Shown here piece by piece: positions 10,897 through 20,441 of a DNA stretch of 64,000 nucleotides. The stretch comes from Abditibacteriaceae bacterium (GTDB lineage: Bacteria; Armatimonadota; Abditibacteriia; Abditibacteriales; Abditibacteriaceae): NCBI GenBank assembly GCA_965277285.1, contig OZ255721.1:800001-864000 (forward strand), given 5' to 3'. The first letter of the stretch is position 1, and each line of letters begins with the position of its first letter. A program made the position numbers and the translations under genes. The notes beneath the pieces are model-generated. The model ran no database searches. It was not told the DNA's origin and saw only the letters and a program-made list of their open reading frames with translations.

Positions 10897-10999
10897 TAAC
10901 GAACCCGGGTGCCCTCTGGCGGACGTCAACGACGGGTCTTCGAGAACGTTTCAGAAGACCCGTCGCTGACGTCCGCCTAAAGGGCACACGGGTTCGTTA
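10897..10999. repeat. REP-like hairpin (AACGAACCCG family)
   Basis: Imperfect ~45-bp arms between convergent genes; related to 26116 and 36883. Confidence 0.7.
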
Positions 11000-11087
11000 G
11001 GTATCAGTCAGTACGATTTATTCGCAAACCCACCAATTAAGCCATAACTCCACTTTGTTGAGGCCTTTAGTTGGGCTAATGCGATAA

Positions 11088-12710
11088 TTATTTTGGTATC
11101 GGCTGCGGGGTCATTTCGGTTGCAAGTATTGACTGCGTTGTCGATGCAGTGCGTGCGTTCATGCTGCGCTCGAACACCGCCATGGTTGTGCACCACAACG
11201 CGCCTATCACAAAATAATAATAGTTGACGAACGCTTGCTTGTTGAAGGCGAAGAACACCAGAAAGACCAGCGACATCGCCGCCAGAAAACCGGCTTCATT
11301 GCGCGGCATGCGGCGTAACGTCCAAATCAGCGTCAATAATGTCAGGCCAAAAGGCAGCCACCAGGGTAAAAGTTCTCGACTCAGGTTGAACCATATCGCC
11401 ATGAACGACAGCGAATCGCGGCGAAAAGGCTGATGAAATTGCAACTGCATCGTGCTGTAGAAAAACGCGTGGAAATTCCACAGCGCCAGCGGCAAAGTCA
11501 CCAACGCCGAAACCGTCAGCGTCTTGCCCAGAAAACGCCAGAACGTCGCCCACGAATCTTCGGAATTGGGCTTCATCGGGGATCGAGTACTCGATTGCCC
11601 ATTTAGATTCGTGGGCAAAGTGGTCAGCGGCGCCAGCAGCCACAACAAGGGCAAGGCTAAAAGCGCATATTGTTTTGAAACCAGGAATAAGCCGCACGCA
11701 AGTGGCAGCCAGGACGGGCGACGGCGTGTGCAAAAGAAAACAAAACACAACGTCAGCACGCAAAACGGATCCGTCCAACTGAGAAACGACACGAAGAACA
11801 CGACGGGCGACCACAAGAACAAAGCGCCCAATAACGCTTTTTCAGCGCGCGGACGAAGACCGGCGATGAAGAGCGCGGAAAGGGCTATAGCCACCACCTG
11901 CGAAAACCGGACATCGCCCAGGAGAAAACCTGGCAGCGTCAATATCAGCGTCAATGGCATATAAACGTAGCCGAACTGCAGACGCCCGTGCTGCGACATC
12001 CCAGCGCCGTAATAAGGCGAGTTATCCGGGTACAAATTCCGGAAAGTCATCGCGTATGGATTGTGTCCGTGCAGCAAAGCGGCGCACGCATCGTGTTGAA
12101 AAACAAAAACATCGAGCGGTGACGAACGTTGCGCGATCAACCAGGTTGCAACACCGACAAAAGTGATCAGTTGCAGCCACCAGCCCCAATGCGAACGCAT
12201 ACTCCAAATAATACCGACGAAAGCGAGCGTCCCAAAGATTGGCGCCGGTGCCACCGAAACTTTTAACTGCAAGCACACGCTCAGGATCGAAATGCTCGCA
12301 TTTATGACTTGCCATATCAAAAACAACAACCATAATCCCAGCAAGACCGGATGCAAAATCGAGAAACGTTTCAGGCTGGGCACGATTCGCAGCAACTTTT
12401 CCAAACCACGACTTTCTCCCGTTTGAAGCGGAACAACCGCGTTCTTCTGGACAACCAGCAGCGATAAAACACCCGCGATCAGGCTCAGCGTGAGCAGAGT
12501 GAACGTAATAAAATCGAACTTCTGCTCGAAGCCGTCCACACCAAAACAATTGGCCTGGCCCAAAGCAACGGCTGAAACAGTCAGCAACAACAAAGCCTTG
12601 CCTTGTGCAACCACAGGCCAAGTTTTCGTGTTTCCTGTCAGTTGTGGCGCCTCCGAAGAACTTGGAGACGCCGTTTCTTGAGGATTCTCGACGCCCGAAA
12701 AAGTATTCAT
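11088..12710 (-). CDS. Membrane protein, GT87/GT-C-like
   Basis: DVFVFQ, GHNPY, YVYMPLT, GDVR, SKQY and AFVNYY motifs; many TM segments. Confidence 0.6.
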   Translation of the reverse strand: MNTFSGVENPQETASPSSSEAPQLTGNTKTWPVVAQGKALLLLTVSAVALGQANCFGVDGFEQKFDFITFTLLTLSLIAGVLSLLVVQKNAVVPLQTGESRGLEKLLRIVPSLKRFSILHPVLLGLWLLFLIWQVINASISILSVCLQLKVSVAPAPIFGTLAFVGIIWSMRSHWGWWLQLITFVGVATWLIAQRSSPLDVFVFQHDACAALLHGHNPYAMTFRNLYPDNSPYYGAGMSQHGRLQFGYVYMPLTLILTLPGFLLGDVRFSQVVAIALSALFIAGLRPRAEKALLGALFLWSPVVFFVSFLSWTDPFCVLTLCFVFFCTRRRPSWLPLACGLFLVSKQYALLALPLLWLLAPLTTLPTNLNGQSSTRSPMKPNSEDSWATFWRFLGKTLTVSALVTLPLALWNFHAFFYSTMQLQFHQPFRRDSLSFMAIWFNLSRELLPWWLPFGLTLLTLIWTLRRMPRNEAGFLAAMSLVFLVFFAFNKQAFVNYYYFVIGALWCTTMAVFERSMNARTASTTQSILATEMTPQPIPK

Positions 12711-12840
12711 ATTTCAACAACTGCGTCGCAGTTGACAGGAAATTTTGGTGAAGCAGCAAGCTTTGAGGAAGAGTTCTGAGCAGTTGTCGGCGTGCAAACC
12801 GCCGCGTTTTAGCGCATGAAAATTAACAACGGGACAGCGT

Positions 12841-13536
12841 TTAGGCAGCATTATTCGCGGGAACACGTTGAGCCACCAACACCCATTGATGCGCGAAAAA
12901 GCGCGGCGAAAACGCTAGCGCGATATGCTGCAAGCGCATCAACAAGCGCCCAACCGCCACATGACCATGCCACACTTCATCGATTGGAACGCCCGTCGGA
13001 TAAGCGTTCAGCACCTTCAAGCCGGCGTTTTCCAGTAGGTCGCGCGCTGTTTTCAAAGTCCAGAAATGCAAATGCGTCTTGTCCAATACGCCGCGCTCCA
13101 TCTGCGGGAAAAAGCCGAAGAGCAGCATCAAGCGCACGGCGCCATGCGCGACATTGGGCAAAGACACGATGAAAATAGCGTCGTCTGTCGCGGTTTTTTT
13201 AAGCGATTCGAGTACTCTATCCGGATGTTGAACGTGTTCCAGGACATCAGCGCAGACCACAACGCGATACGTCCCCAATTGCAAAGGCGCGTCTTCCACA
13301 GTTGTCGCGTAAACGTTGCGATAGAAAGGACGCGCTTTTTCGGCCCATTCCGCATTTGGCTCGATGGCATCAATTGTCAAGCCGCGACTTTGCGCGCCAC
13401 GACTTTGCAGCAACTGGCCTAAAAAACCTTGAGCGGCGCCGACATCGAGAATGGGAGTGCGTTTCCAGCGTTGCACCAAACTCGCAATGCGTTGATGACT
13501 ACTTTGAGGGTCGTGATGCAGGCGATAATGAAGCAT
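12841..13536 (-). CDS. Class I SAM-dependent methyltransferase
   Basis: ILDVGAAQG, ADVLEH, SLPNVAH, GVLDKTHLHF; likely start MLHY at 13536. Confidence 0.85.
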   Translation of the reverse strand: MLHYRLHHDPQSSHQRIASLVQRWKRTPILDVGAAQGFLGQLLQSRGAQSRGLTIDAIEPNAEWAEKARPFYRNVYATTVEDAPLQLGTYRVVVCADVLEHVQHPDRVLESLKKTATDDAIFIVSLPNVAHGAVRLMLLFGFFPQMERGVLDKTHLHFWTLKTARDLLENAGLKVLNAYPTGVPIDEVWHGHVAVGRLLMRLQHIALAFSPRFFAHQWVLVAQRVPANNAA

Positions 13537-14302
13537 AGCGGTGGCGGTAATGGCGGCGATCTTTGAGAGCGTATTTGGCGGTTTCGAGGACGCAGTTCTT
13601 GGCGTAAACCAAGCCGTTGACGTGGCAGATTTCGTCGCCGTAATAAGTTGGGATCGCCACTTCATCAACGCGATAACCGCGCTTCAAAAACTCGATGATG
13701 ATTTGCGTGTCGAAATGCCAATCCCACGTCATGTGACCCAGAGGAATCGTCTTCAAGGCGCCAATGGAATAAGCGCGATAACCGGAATGAAATTCAGTGA
13801 AGCGCGAACCGACCAGCGTGTTCTCGATCCAGGTCAGGATTTTGTTGCCGACATATTTATACATCGGCATATTACCACGCAGCGCCGCGCCGGGCACCAT
13901 CATGCGCGAACCCATTACCATGTCGCAATCGCCGTTTTCCAGCGGCGTCAGCAAATCCTGCATCACTTCGGGCGCATATTGCCCATCGCCATGCAGCAAA
14001 ACCACGATGTCGAAACCGCGTTCAACCGCATATTTATAGCCGCGCTGCTGATTGCCGCCATACATCAAATTGGTATCGTTGCGGAAAAATTTGACCTTTC
14101 CGTCGAACTCGCTTTCCAAAGTGCGCCCGACTTCGTGCGTGCTATCGTGGCTGGCATCGTCAAACACAAAAATCTCTTCGACCTTGTCCATGATGTTCGC
14201 CGGAATGCGCTCGATCACTCCGCGCAACGACGATTCCGCATTATAAGCCACTACCAAAATTCCAATTCGCATCAGTTCTCCGTGACCTTGTAGTTTATTC
14301 AA
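13499..14302 (-). CDS. Glycosyltransferase family 2 (polyprenol-phosphate sugar synthase-like)
   Basis: VVAYN, FDDASHD, YGGNQ, HGDGQY, GSR, FHSGYRAY. Confidence 0.9.
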   Translation of the reverse strand: MNKLQGHGELMRIGILVVAYNAESSLRGVIERIPANIMDKVEEIFVFDDASHDSTHEVGRTLESEFDGKVKFFRNDTNLMYGGNQQRGYKYAVERGFDIVVLLHGDGQYAPEVMQDLLTPLENGDCDMVMGSRMMVPGAALRGNMPMYKYVGNKILTWIENTLVGSRFTEFHSGYRAYSIGALKTIPLGHMTWDWHFDTQIIIEFLKRGYRVDEVAIPTYYGDEICHVNGLVYAKNCVLETAKYALKDRRHYRHRYASLSPASRPSK

Positions 14303-14526
14303 ATCGAAGGGACGAATACTCTTTTTATTGCGGCTTCGTCCTTAAATCGTACCTTGTGGTTTCCATCACGTCCAGGTTTTAGCCGTTCCTGGCGCCTGAA
14401 CGTTTTCTATTTGTCTTCTTTCACCGTTTTTGCCATTGGACAATTCCAATCGCATTCTGGCCAAAAAATCTCGGTGAAGTCGGGAGCGACTTCGGTCGAA
14501 GTGTGGATTTTGAGCCGCAGACTTTT

Positions 14527-17010
14527 TCAGCAGCGATTGCGCGTTCGACGCGATGCGGCGGCAAAGGACGCGACGAAGGCCAGGCCGCACAGCGAAACGA
14601 AAAGGGCGAAGCGATAAGTTTGCGAATCATAAATCAAAGCGACGCGCGCTTTTCCCGCCGGAACCTGAACGCCGCGAAACAAGTAATTGGCGCTGTAAAC
14701 TGGGGTTTCACGCCCGTTCACCCAGGCGCGCCAACCCGGTGCCAGCGCTTCAGATTGCACCAGAACACTGGGCGTCTGCGCTTGTGTTTCCACCATGACG
14801 AGGTTGCCGCTGCGCTGCCAATCGAGTACTCGATCGCGGTTCGTCAACGGCGACGGCGCGACCGAAAGGACGGCGTCAGGCGCGACGATGCACGGTTGTT
14901 GCTGGGCTTGAAAATCGTGCGCGGCGAGATTGGTCAAACGGTCGAGTTGATTATTTTCGGGAATAGGCAGGACATGGCGCGACAAATAAAAGCGAGGCCA
15001 GGCGCGTGGATAATGCCACAATTTCCAATTGTTTTGTTGCGCCACAAGATCGGCGTCCGGCGCCAAGATCGGTGGTTGCTCGCTCGAGAGAAAATGCGTT
15101 ACGGCGGCGGCGCGCAACAAGGGCGAAGCTGTTCCCGCGACTTGCAGCCAAGCGTCCCAGCGCGGAACCGGCTTCAAGCGACTTAAGAACAAGAAATAAC
15201 GCTTGCTCATCAAGGCATCGTAGCCATCAAAATTGTCGATACGCGTCACCAGATTCACATTCGACGCAGCGACAATCACGCTGGTGTGCCAACGTTCGCC
15301 CGCCACATAACGTTTTTCCAGACCGGCGCCCCAGCGCGTTTGAAGAGCAAATTGCGGCGCCGAAACAGTTTCTGCACTTTGCCAGAACAACAAGAGGACA
15401 TCGAGCGCCGCCACGCCCAGCAAGCCGATTCGCAACGTTTGGAGACGGCGCACGGTCGTTGCATTGTGTTCCGTCGTATCGCGTGCTTTCGTAGGGCCAA
15501 AGTGCAGCAGGAGCCAGCACGCGATGCCCATCACGAGCAACGCAAGAACGCACGCGATCAGCGCGGTCGCACGATAATTGTCGATAACCGACGGCCACAA
15601 GAGTTCTTGAGGCGGCAGAGCTTCAGACGGTAAGGCCGCTTGCAATTGCATTTTCCACCACGAAGCGGGCAGCAATGCGGTTAGCATCGTCGCCACCACC
15701 AGAAATGCAAAAACCGCGTTCAACCAGGAATGCAGCAGTTTAAAAATGCGGCTCTGATGCGGATCAGGTTGGCGCACAAAGACAGTTTCAAAAACGAGCG
15801 CAGCCAAAAACGGCACAGCCAGGCTCCATCCTTCGATCCAGCGCGCCGGCAATCGCAATTGGCGGAACAAAACGCAATGATCGAAAAGCCATTGGTAAAG
15901 CGGCGTTCCATCACCCAGGCAAAGCACAAAACACAACGGCAGCAAAGTCCACAGCCAGCGTGCGACTGGACGGCGCACAACCCAGGGCGCCACCAGTGCG
16001 AGCGACAAAGCCAGCACGCCGTTGAAGCCGTTTTCCTCGTGCGCGCCGCGTGCTGCGCTCCATCCGGTGTAATCGCTGCCGAAAAAACGTGGCATCACCA
16101 ATCGCCAGAACATGGGCCAGCGACCGGACAAAAAAGTGACCATCTCAAACGGCATTCCCGTTCCGTGAACCGATAAACGCGAGGTTTCCAGCATCGGCAA
16201 AAGATAAACCGCGCTCAAGGTCGCGCAGAGAAACATCGCGCCGCAGGTTTTGCTCCAAAAACGATCCGGCCAGCCGCAACGCACCGGCAGGGAACGGTTT
16301 CGAGTACTCGAATGGCGGCTGGCATGAAATAGCGAAACCGAGCGCGCCAGAAAAAGTCCGCTGCAAAGTCCAAGGCCGCCAATCGCCATCGGCGGATAGC
16401 CCGACGCCAATTGCAAAACGAAAAGCAAGGCCAACAAAATTGCGTGACGCGCTTTGCCTCCGCGCAAAAACAGCAACGTCGCCCACAGTTCCCAGGGCAA
16501 AAAAGCGCGCGCGGCGTGCCATGTCGTGTGCCCCGCGTAAGAATGCGAGGCGACGCCGCCGCCAAGTCCCAGCGCAATGGCGGCCAGCAACGCCGAATGG
16601 CGACTGAGAAAAGCATTGTCCAAGCGCAAGGAACGCGCAAAGCAGTAAGCGCCCGCCATCAAAAACGTGTCGTGCGCCATCAGGTCGAGAAGCGCCGCGA
16701 AACGATACGGCAAAATCCAGTACACGACGTTCGGCGGATACAAAACACTTGTCTGCAAATTGCTCAAAAACGGCATGCCGCACTGCGAATATGGGTTCCA
16801 CAAAGGCAAAATTCCGGTTTGCAACGAATGGCGAGCGAAAGTGCGCCAGGGCCAGAACAACGACACGCCATCGCCGCGAAACGGCACTCCGCCGCGCAAT
16901 ACCGCGACAATCGCCGGAAGGTACGCCAGCACGCATAGAAAAAGCAAAAATACGTAGCACGCGCAGTCGTTGCCAAGCGCGCGTCGCCACGAAAAAAAAT
17001 CGCGTCGCAT
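14527..17010 (-). CDS. YfhO-family membrane protein
   Basis: PLWNPYSQCGMPF, YPPN, PGWRAWVNG, ANYLFRGV; start uncertain because the ORF-track start lies inside the IS end. Confidence 0.8.
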   Translation of the reverse strand: MRRDFFSWRRALGNDCACYVFLLFLCVLAYLPAIVAVLRGGVPFRGDGVSLFWPWRTFARHSLQTGILPLWNPYSQCGMPFLSNLQTSVLYPPNVVYWILPYRFAALLDLMAHDTFLMAGAYCFARSLRLDNAFLSRHSALLAAIALGLGGGVASHSYAGHTTWHAARAFLPWELWATLLFLRGGKARHAILLALLFVLQLASGYPPMAIGGLGLCSGLFLARSVSLFHASRHSSTRNRSLPVRCGWPDRFWSKTCGAMFLCATLSAVYLLPMLETSRLSVHGTGMPFEMVTFLSGRWPMFWRLVMPRFFGSDYTGWSAARGAHEENGFNGVLALSLALVAPWVVRRPVARWLWTLLPLCFVLCLGDGTPLYQWLFDHCVLFRQLRLPARWIEGWSLAVPFLAALVFETVFVRQPDPHQSRIFKLLHSWLNAVFAFLVVATMLTALLPASWWKMQLQAALPSEALPPQELLWPSVIDNYRATALIACVLALLVMGIACWLLLHFGPTKARDTTEHNATTVRRLQTLRIGLLGVAALDVLLLFWQSAETVSAPQFALQTRWGAGLEKRYVAGERWHTSVIVAASNVNLVTRIDNFDGYDALMSKRYFLFLSRLKPVPRWDAWLQVAGTASPLLRAAAVTHFLSSEQPPILAPDADLVAQQNNWKLWHYPRAWPRFYLSRHVLPIPENNQLDRLTNLAAHDFQAQQQPCIVAPDAVLSVAPSPLTNRDRVLDWQRSGNLVMVETQAQTPSVLVQSEALAPGWRAWVNGRETPVYSANYLFRGVQVPAGKARVALIYDSQTYRFALFVSLCGLAFVASFAAASRRTRNRC

Positions 17011-17186
17011 CCGTTGAGGCGGAGCATCAGACACAGCTTCCGGCGCAGCAGGCAACGTTTGAGGCGAAGAAGTTTGTTTCAAAGTTTGGTTTAAAGCCGA
17101 CCAAAATCCTGTTAGAAATCGGAAGAAAGTCGTTTCCAGAAAAGCAGCAATTGGTAAGTCGCTCGAAAACGTGAAGTCGGTTCTGA

Positions 17187-18043
17187 GAGGGTGTATAGGA
17201 ATCACGCAAGCCTTCGGAGCATAAGCCGGATCATGGCGAGATAAATCCAGGTTTCACTTGATTTGACATTTTGCTCATAGTCTTTTGAAAGCCTTCGACA
17301 TCTTCCCAACCATGCAAAAGTTCTTTCGACAACCCAGCGACGCGGCAACGGCACGTAGCCTTTGTTTTCATATTGACGGTTCACCAGGGCATTGCGGCTT
17401 ATCACTCGGAGCGCAACGCCACAGTTTTCTCGCACCCAAGCCGCGAACTTGTGTCCCCAGTAGCCTGCATCCGCCCAAATCAACTGCAAACGTTGTGAAG
17501 GAAAGCGCCACAGGGCTTTGTCTTGCAAAAGTAATTTGGCTCCGTCACGCTCTTGAACGTTGGCAGCATGAACACACACTTGCAACAACAAGCCGTTGGT
17601 ATCCACTAGAATATGACGCTTGCGCCCTTTTATTTTCTTGGCTGCATCAAAGCCTTTTGGCCCCCTTTTTCTGTGGTTTTGACGCTCTGGCTGTCCAGAA
17701 TCGCTGCGCTGGGCGCCTCATCCCGTCCATCGGCCTGGCGCACTTGAGAACGCAACGAACTGTGGATACCTTCGAGAGTGCCGTTGTCACGCCGGCGCCG
17801 GAAGTGATACCAAACCACAGTGTAAGGCGGAAAATCGTGAGGCAAAGCACGCCACGAGCAGCCGTTGGTCAACTGATACAACAAAGCGTTGACGATCTCG
17901 CGTTGGGCGTAAAGCCTGCGCGTACCGCGCGCACGCTGTGGCTCGATCAAAGGGCGCAGCACTTGCCATTGTGCCTCGCTCAAATCACTGGGATAGCTCT
18001 GGCGTTTCATAAATGTAAGTCTAACCCTTTCCTATACACCCTC
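17187..18043 (-). mobile_element. IS5-family insertion sequence (~857 bp)
   Basis: Perfect terminal IRs GAGGGTGTATAGGAA / TTCCTATACACCCTC flanking the transposase; flanks are TGA and TTA. Confidence 0.9.
17202..18010 (-). CDS. IS5-family transposase in two frames joined by a probable -1 frameshift
   Basis: [28 protein letters not shown] in [21 protein letters not shown] in ORF-B; AAAAAAGGGGG slippery run near 17661-17671. Confidence 0.85.
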
Positions 18044-18092
18044 TTAGAATCAGTTTTGCAACGTTCGTGATGCGTGAAAAAGATGCGTAAAA

Positions 18093-18186
18093 ATGGCAGT
18101 TTGTCATTCTGAGCGTAGTCCGCCCAAAGGACACCGAATCTAACTGAACATAGATTCTTCGCTACGCTAAGAATGACAAACTGCCA
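18093..18186. repeat. REP-like hairpin (TGTCATTCTGAGCG family)
   Basis: tggcagtttgtcattct...agaatgacaaactgcca; same family as 28119-28190. Confidence 0.7.
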
Positions 18187-18358
18187 CCTCTCAACGTTGT
18201 TTTCTACTTTGTAAACAAATTCTTAAAACCTTGATGGCTTTCATTAACTTAGCTCATGTTATTAAGCTGCCGTCAAACTATTTTAGCTGTTGGACAAAGT
18301 GCCTTTACGTGTTTGCACATTCATCGGCGATTAATCGAGTACTCGATTTCGCCATGAC

Positions 18359-20203
18359 TTATTTGCCGCGTCTTTGCTGATGGATTAGCGGGGCGCGTCG
18401 CATCCAGACATCGCCGTCTTTGCCTTGATACAGGTGCGCCCATTGCGGATTTTTATTCAAATACGAAGCCAGTTTGTCAGCATGCAAACCCGCCTTCAGC
18501 ACCACGCAATTGATCGCGTACTGCTGCATCAAACGCTGTCCGGCGGGCGTCGCCTGGAGGATTGCAAGATATTGATTCACTACCGAATCGGGGTAAGCGT
18601 TCAATAAATCCACAAACAACGGACATTGACCGAGATCTGGCAATTGTCCGTGTTCATCCGGTCGATTCAAGCGCCACTGCAAATAACTGGAGTTTTCATA
18701 ATCGTTAAACAAATGCAGCGTTTGGCCGCGCTCTCTAAAACGTGAGGCTTGTTGTTCCACAACAAGACACGCGCCGTCCGGCAAAAGCGGCGAAACCGCG
18801 CGTCCCATTCGCAAATCGCGCGACACGTTTGCGATGCTGGCACTCACCAAACAAAGCAATGTTACGACCGGCAAAAATAATCGTAGGCGCGCTGCAATCC
18901 ACGATTTTTCCAATCTGGCGTTGTCCTGAAATGTCGCCTGTATGGTCGCCTGCTCTACTTCGGCAAGATGCTTAAATTCAGAGTTTTTAGGTGCAGAACT
19001 TTTACGTCCAAAGCGTTCTCGTGCGAAACGCCTCAAGGATTGTGTTTCAAAAAAGGCGGCGTTAGCGGCCATGACAGCGAGGCACACCAAAGCAAAAAGC
19101 CACATGTGCCGCAGTTGGCGCAGCAATAAAATGCCCATAAAAACGATCCAGGCGGCTTGCGACCAGCGACGTTGCGGGTTCGCGTTCCAGGCCAGCAACG
19201 CGAAAATCGCCAGCACAAACTCGGCGACGGCGAAAGGAAATAATTCGGGCGCCACGCCACCCGCCGCGAAAATCTTCAAATCTTTGAGCGGCAACAAAGG
19301 CTGCCATTCCAAGATGTGGGCGAACGTCGCGCTCTGCGTCGAAGACAAGATGCCGTTCCAATAAGAGCGCGCCGCGAAAGGCACTAATCCCGTGGCCAAC
19401 ACGCAACCGAAAAACAACAGCAAAAATCGACAGGAACGACCATCGAAACGATTTTGCAAAGCATCGCAAAACGCCGTGATGCCCAGCAGCGCAATACCCA
19501 ACGCGACCGCGCCATGAAAATTCGCCCACAGCGCAAATAAAATTACGAGGAAAAACGCTTCGCGCCACCATCGGCTCGACACAGGTTCAATGGCGTTATT
19601 CGAGTACTCGATAGTGGAAAATTCAATGCGATTTTCTTCGCGTCTGACTTCCTCGCGCTTAACTAAGGCGCACAACAGCAGCGTCAAGAACAAGGCTGTA
19701 AAAAGTTCTGGTCGCGGACGATAACGCAGCGAACCGGCCAAAATGCCCAGGGCGAACAATCCCAACACGAAACTGTTGGGTTTCGACCGACGGCTCCACA
19801 AGCGCCACAACAACATCCACACGCCGCAAATGATCAATGTCGTAAATACGACAATCACCAGCGGGCCGTCGCCAATTGACGTGTTGCCGCGCGGTGTCCA
19901 GCCGCCGCCCGCTTGAATCAAGCCGTGAAAGAACAATTGCGACAGCCACGAATGCGCCACCCACGGAAAACGATCCACGCTCCACAAAAACAGCGAATGC
20001 GTCGGGACGGCTTTGTGGTTCCAAATCCAGCGACCAACCGCGGCGTGCGCCCAAATGTCATCGTCCGCGTTGAGCGCGTGCCACGACAGCACGACGCAAA
20101 AGAAAATCAACGCCGCGCCATAAAATCGAGGCCAGGTGAAACGCGCCACAAACGAGAACGGTGATCCGCTGTGCGAGGAAGGTTCAGGCGCAAGGTTTTC
20201 CAT
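18359..20203 (-). CDS. Polytopic membrane protein (GT-C-like), paralog of 20442-22322
   Basis: DIWAHAAVGRW, WVAHSWLSQL, RPE, WANFHG, LFNDY. Confidence 0.65.
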   Translation of the reverse strand: MENLAPEPSSHSGSPFSFVARFTWPRFYGAALIFFCVVLSWHALNADDDIWAHAAVGRWIWNHKAVPTHSLFLWSVDRFPWVAHSWLSQLFFHGLIQAGGGWTPRGNTSIGDGPLVIVVFTTLIICGVWMLLWRLWSRRSKPNSFVLGLFALGILAGSLRYRPRPELFTALFLTLLLCALVKREEVRREENRIEFSTIEYSNNAIEPVSSRWWREAFFLVILFALWANFHGAVALGIALLGITAFCDALQNRFDGRSCRFLLLFFGCVLATGLVPFAARSYWNGILSSTQSATFAHILEWQPLLPLKDLKIFAAGGVAPELFPFAVAEFVLAIFALLAWNANPQRRWSQAAWIVFMGILLLRQLRHMWLFALVCLAVMAANAAFFETQSLRRFARERFGRKSSAPKNSEFKHLAEVEQATIQATFQDNARLEKSWIAARLRLFLPVVTLLCLVSASIANVSRDLRMGRAVSPLLPDGACLVVEQQASRFRERGQTLHLFNDYENSSYLQWRLNRPDEHGQLPDLGQCPLFVDLLNAYPDSVVNQYLAILQATPAGQRLMQQYAINCVVLKAGLHADKLASYLNKNPQWAHLYQGKDGDVWMRRAPLIHQQRRGK

Positions 20204-20263
20204 ATCGAGTACTCGATTGCGTGACTTCTCATTAACGGAAGTCGCACCATTTCACTCAGACAT

Positions 20264-20377
20264 CAGCGATTGAAGTCGCGGTTAAAATGGCACAAAGTTC
20301 GCCGGCGTGGACTCGAACGAGAACCTGCAAAATTCACGCAGGCGACTTTAGCCTTTCATCCGCGACTTCAATCGCTG
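20264..20377. repeat. REP/MITE-like element
   Basis: 18-bp perfect IR cagcgattgaagtcgcgg / ccgcgacttcaatcgctg. Confidence 0.65.
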
Positions 20378-20441
20378 GACGCGAGATGCGCGCAAAGTTC
20401 GCAACTTGAGTGACTTTGTAGTGCACAAGAGAACGTATTAG

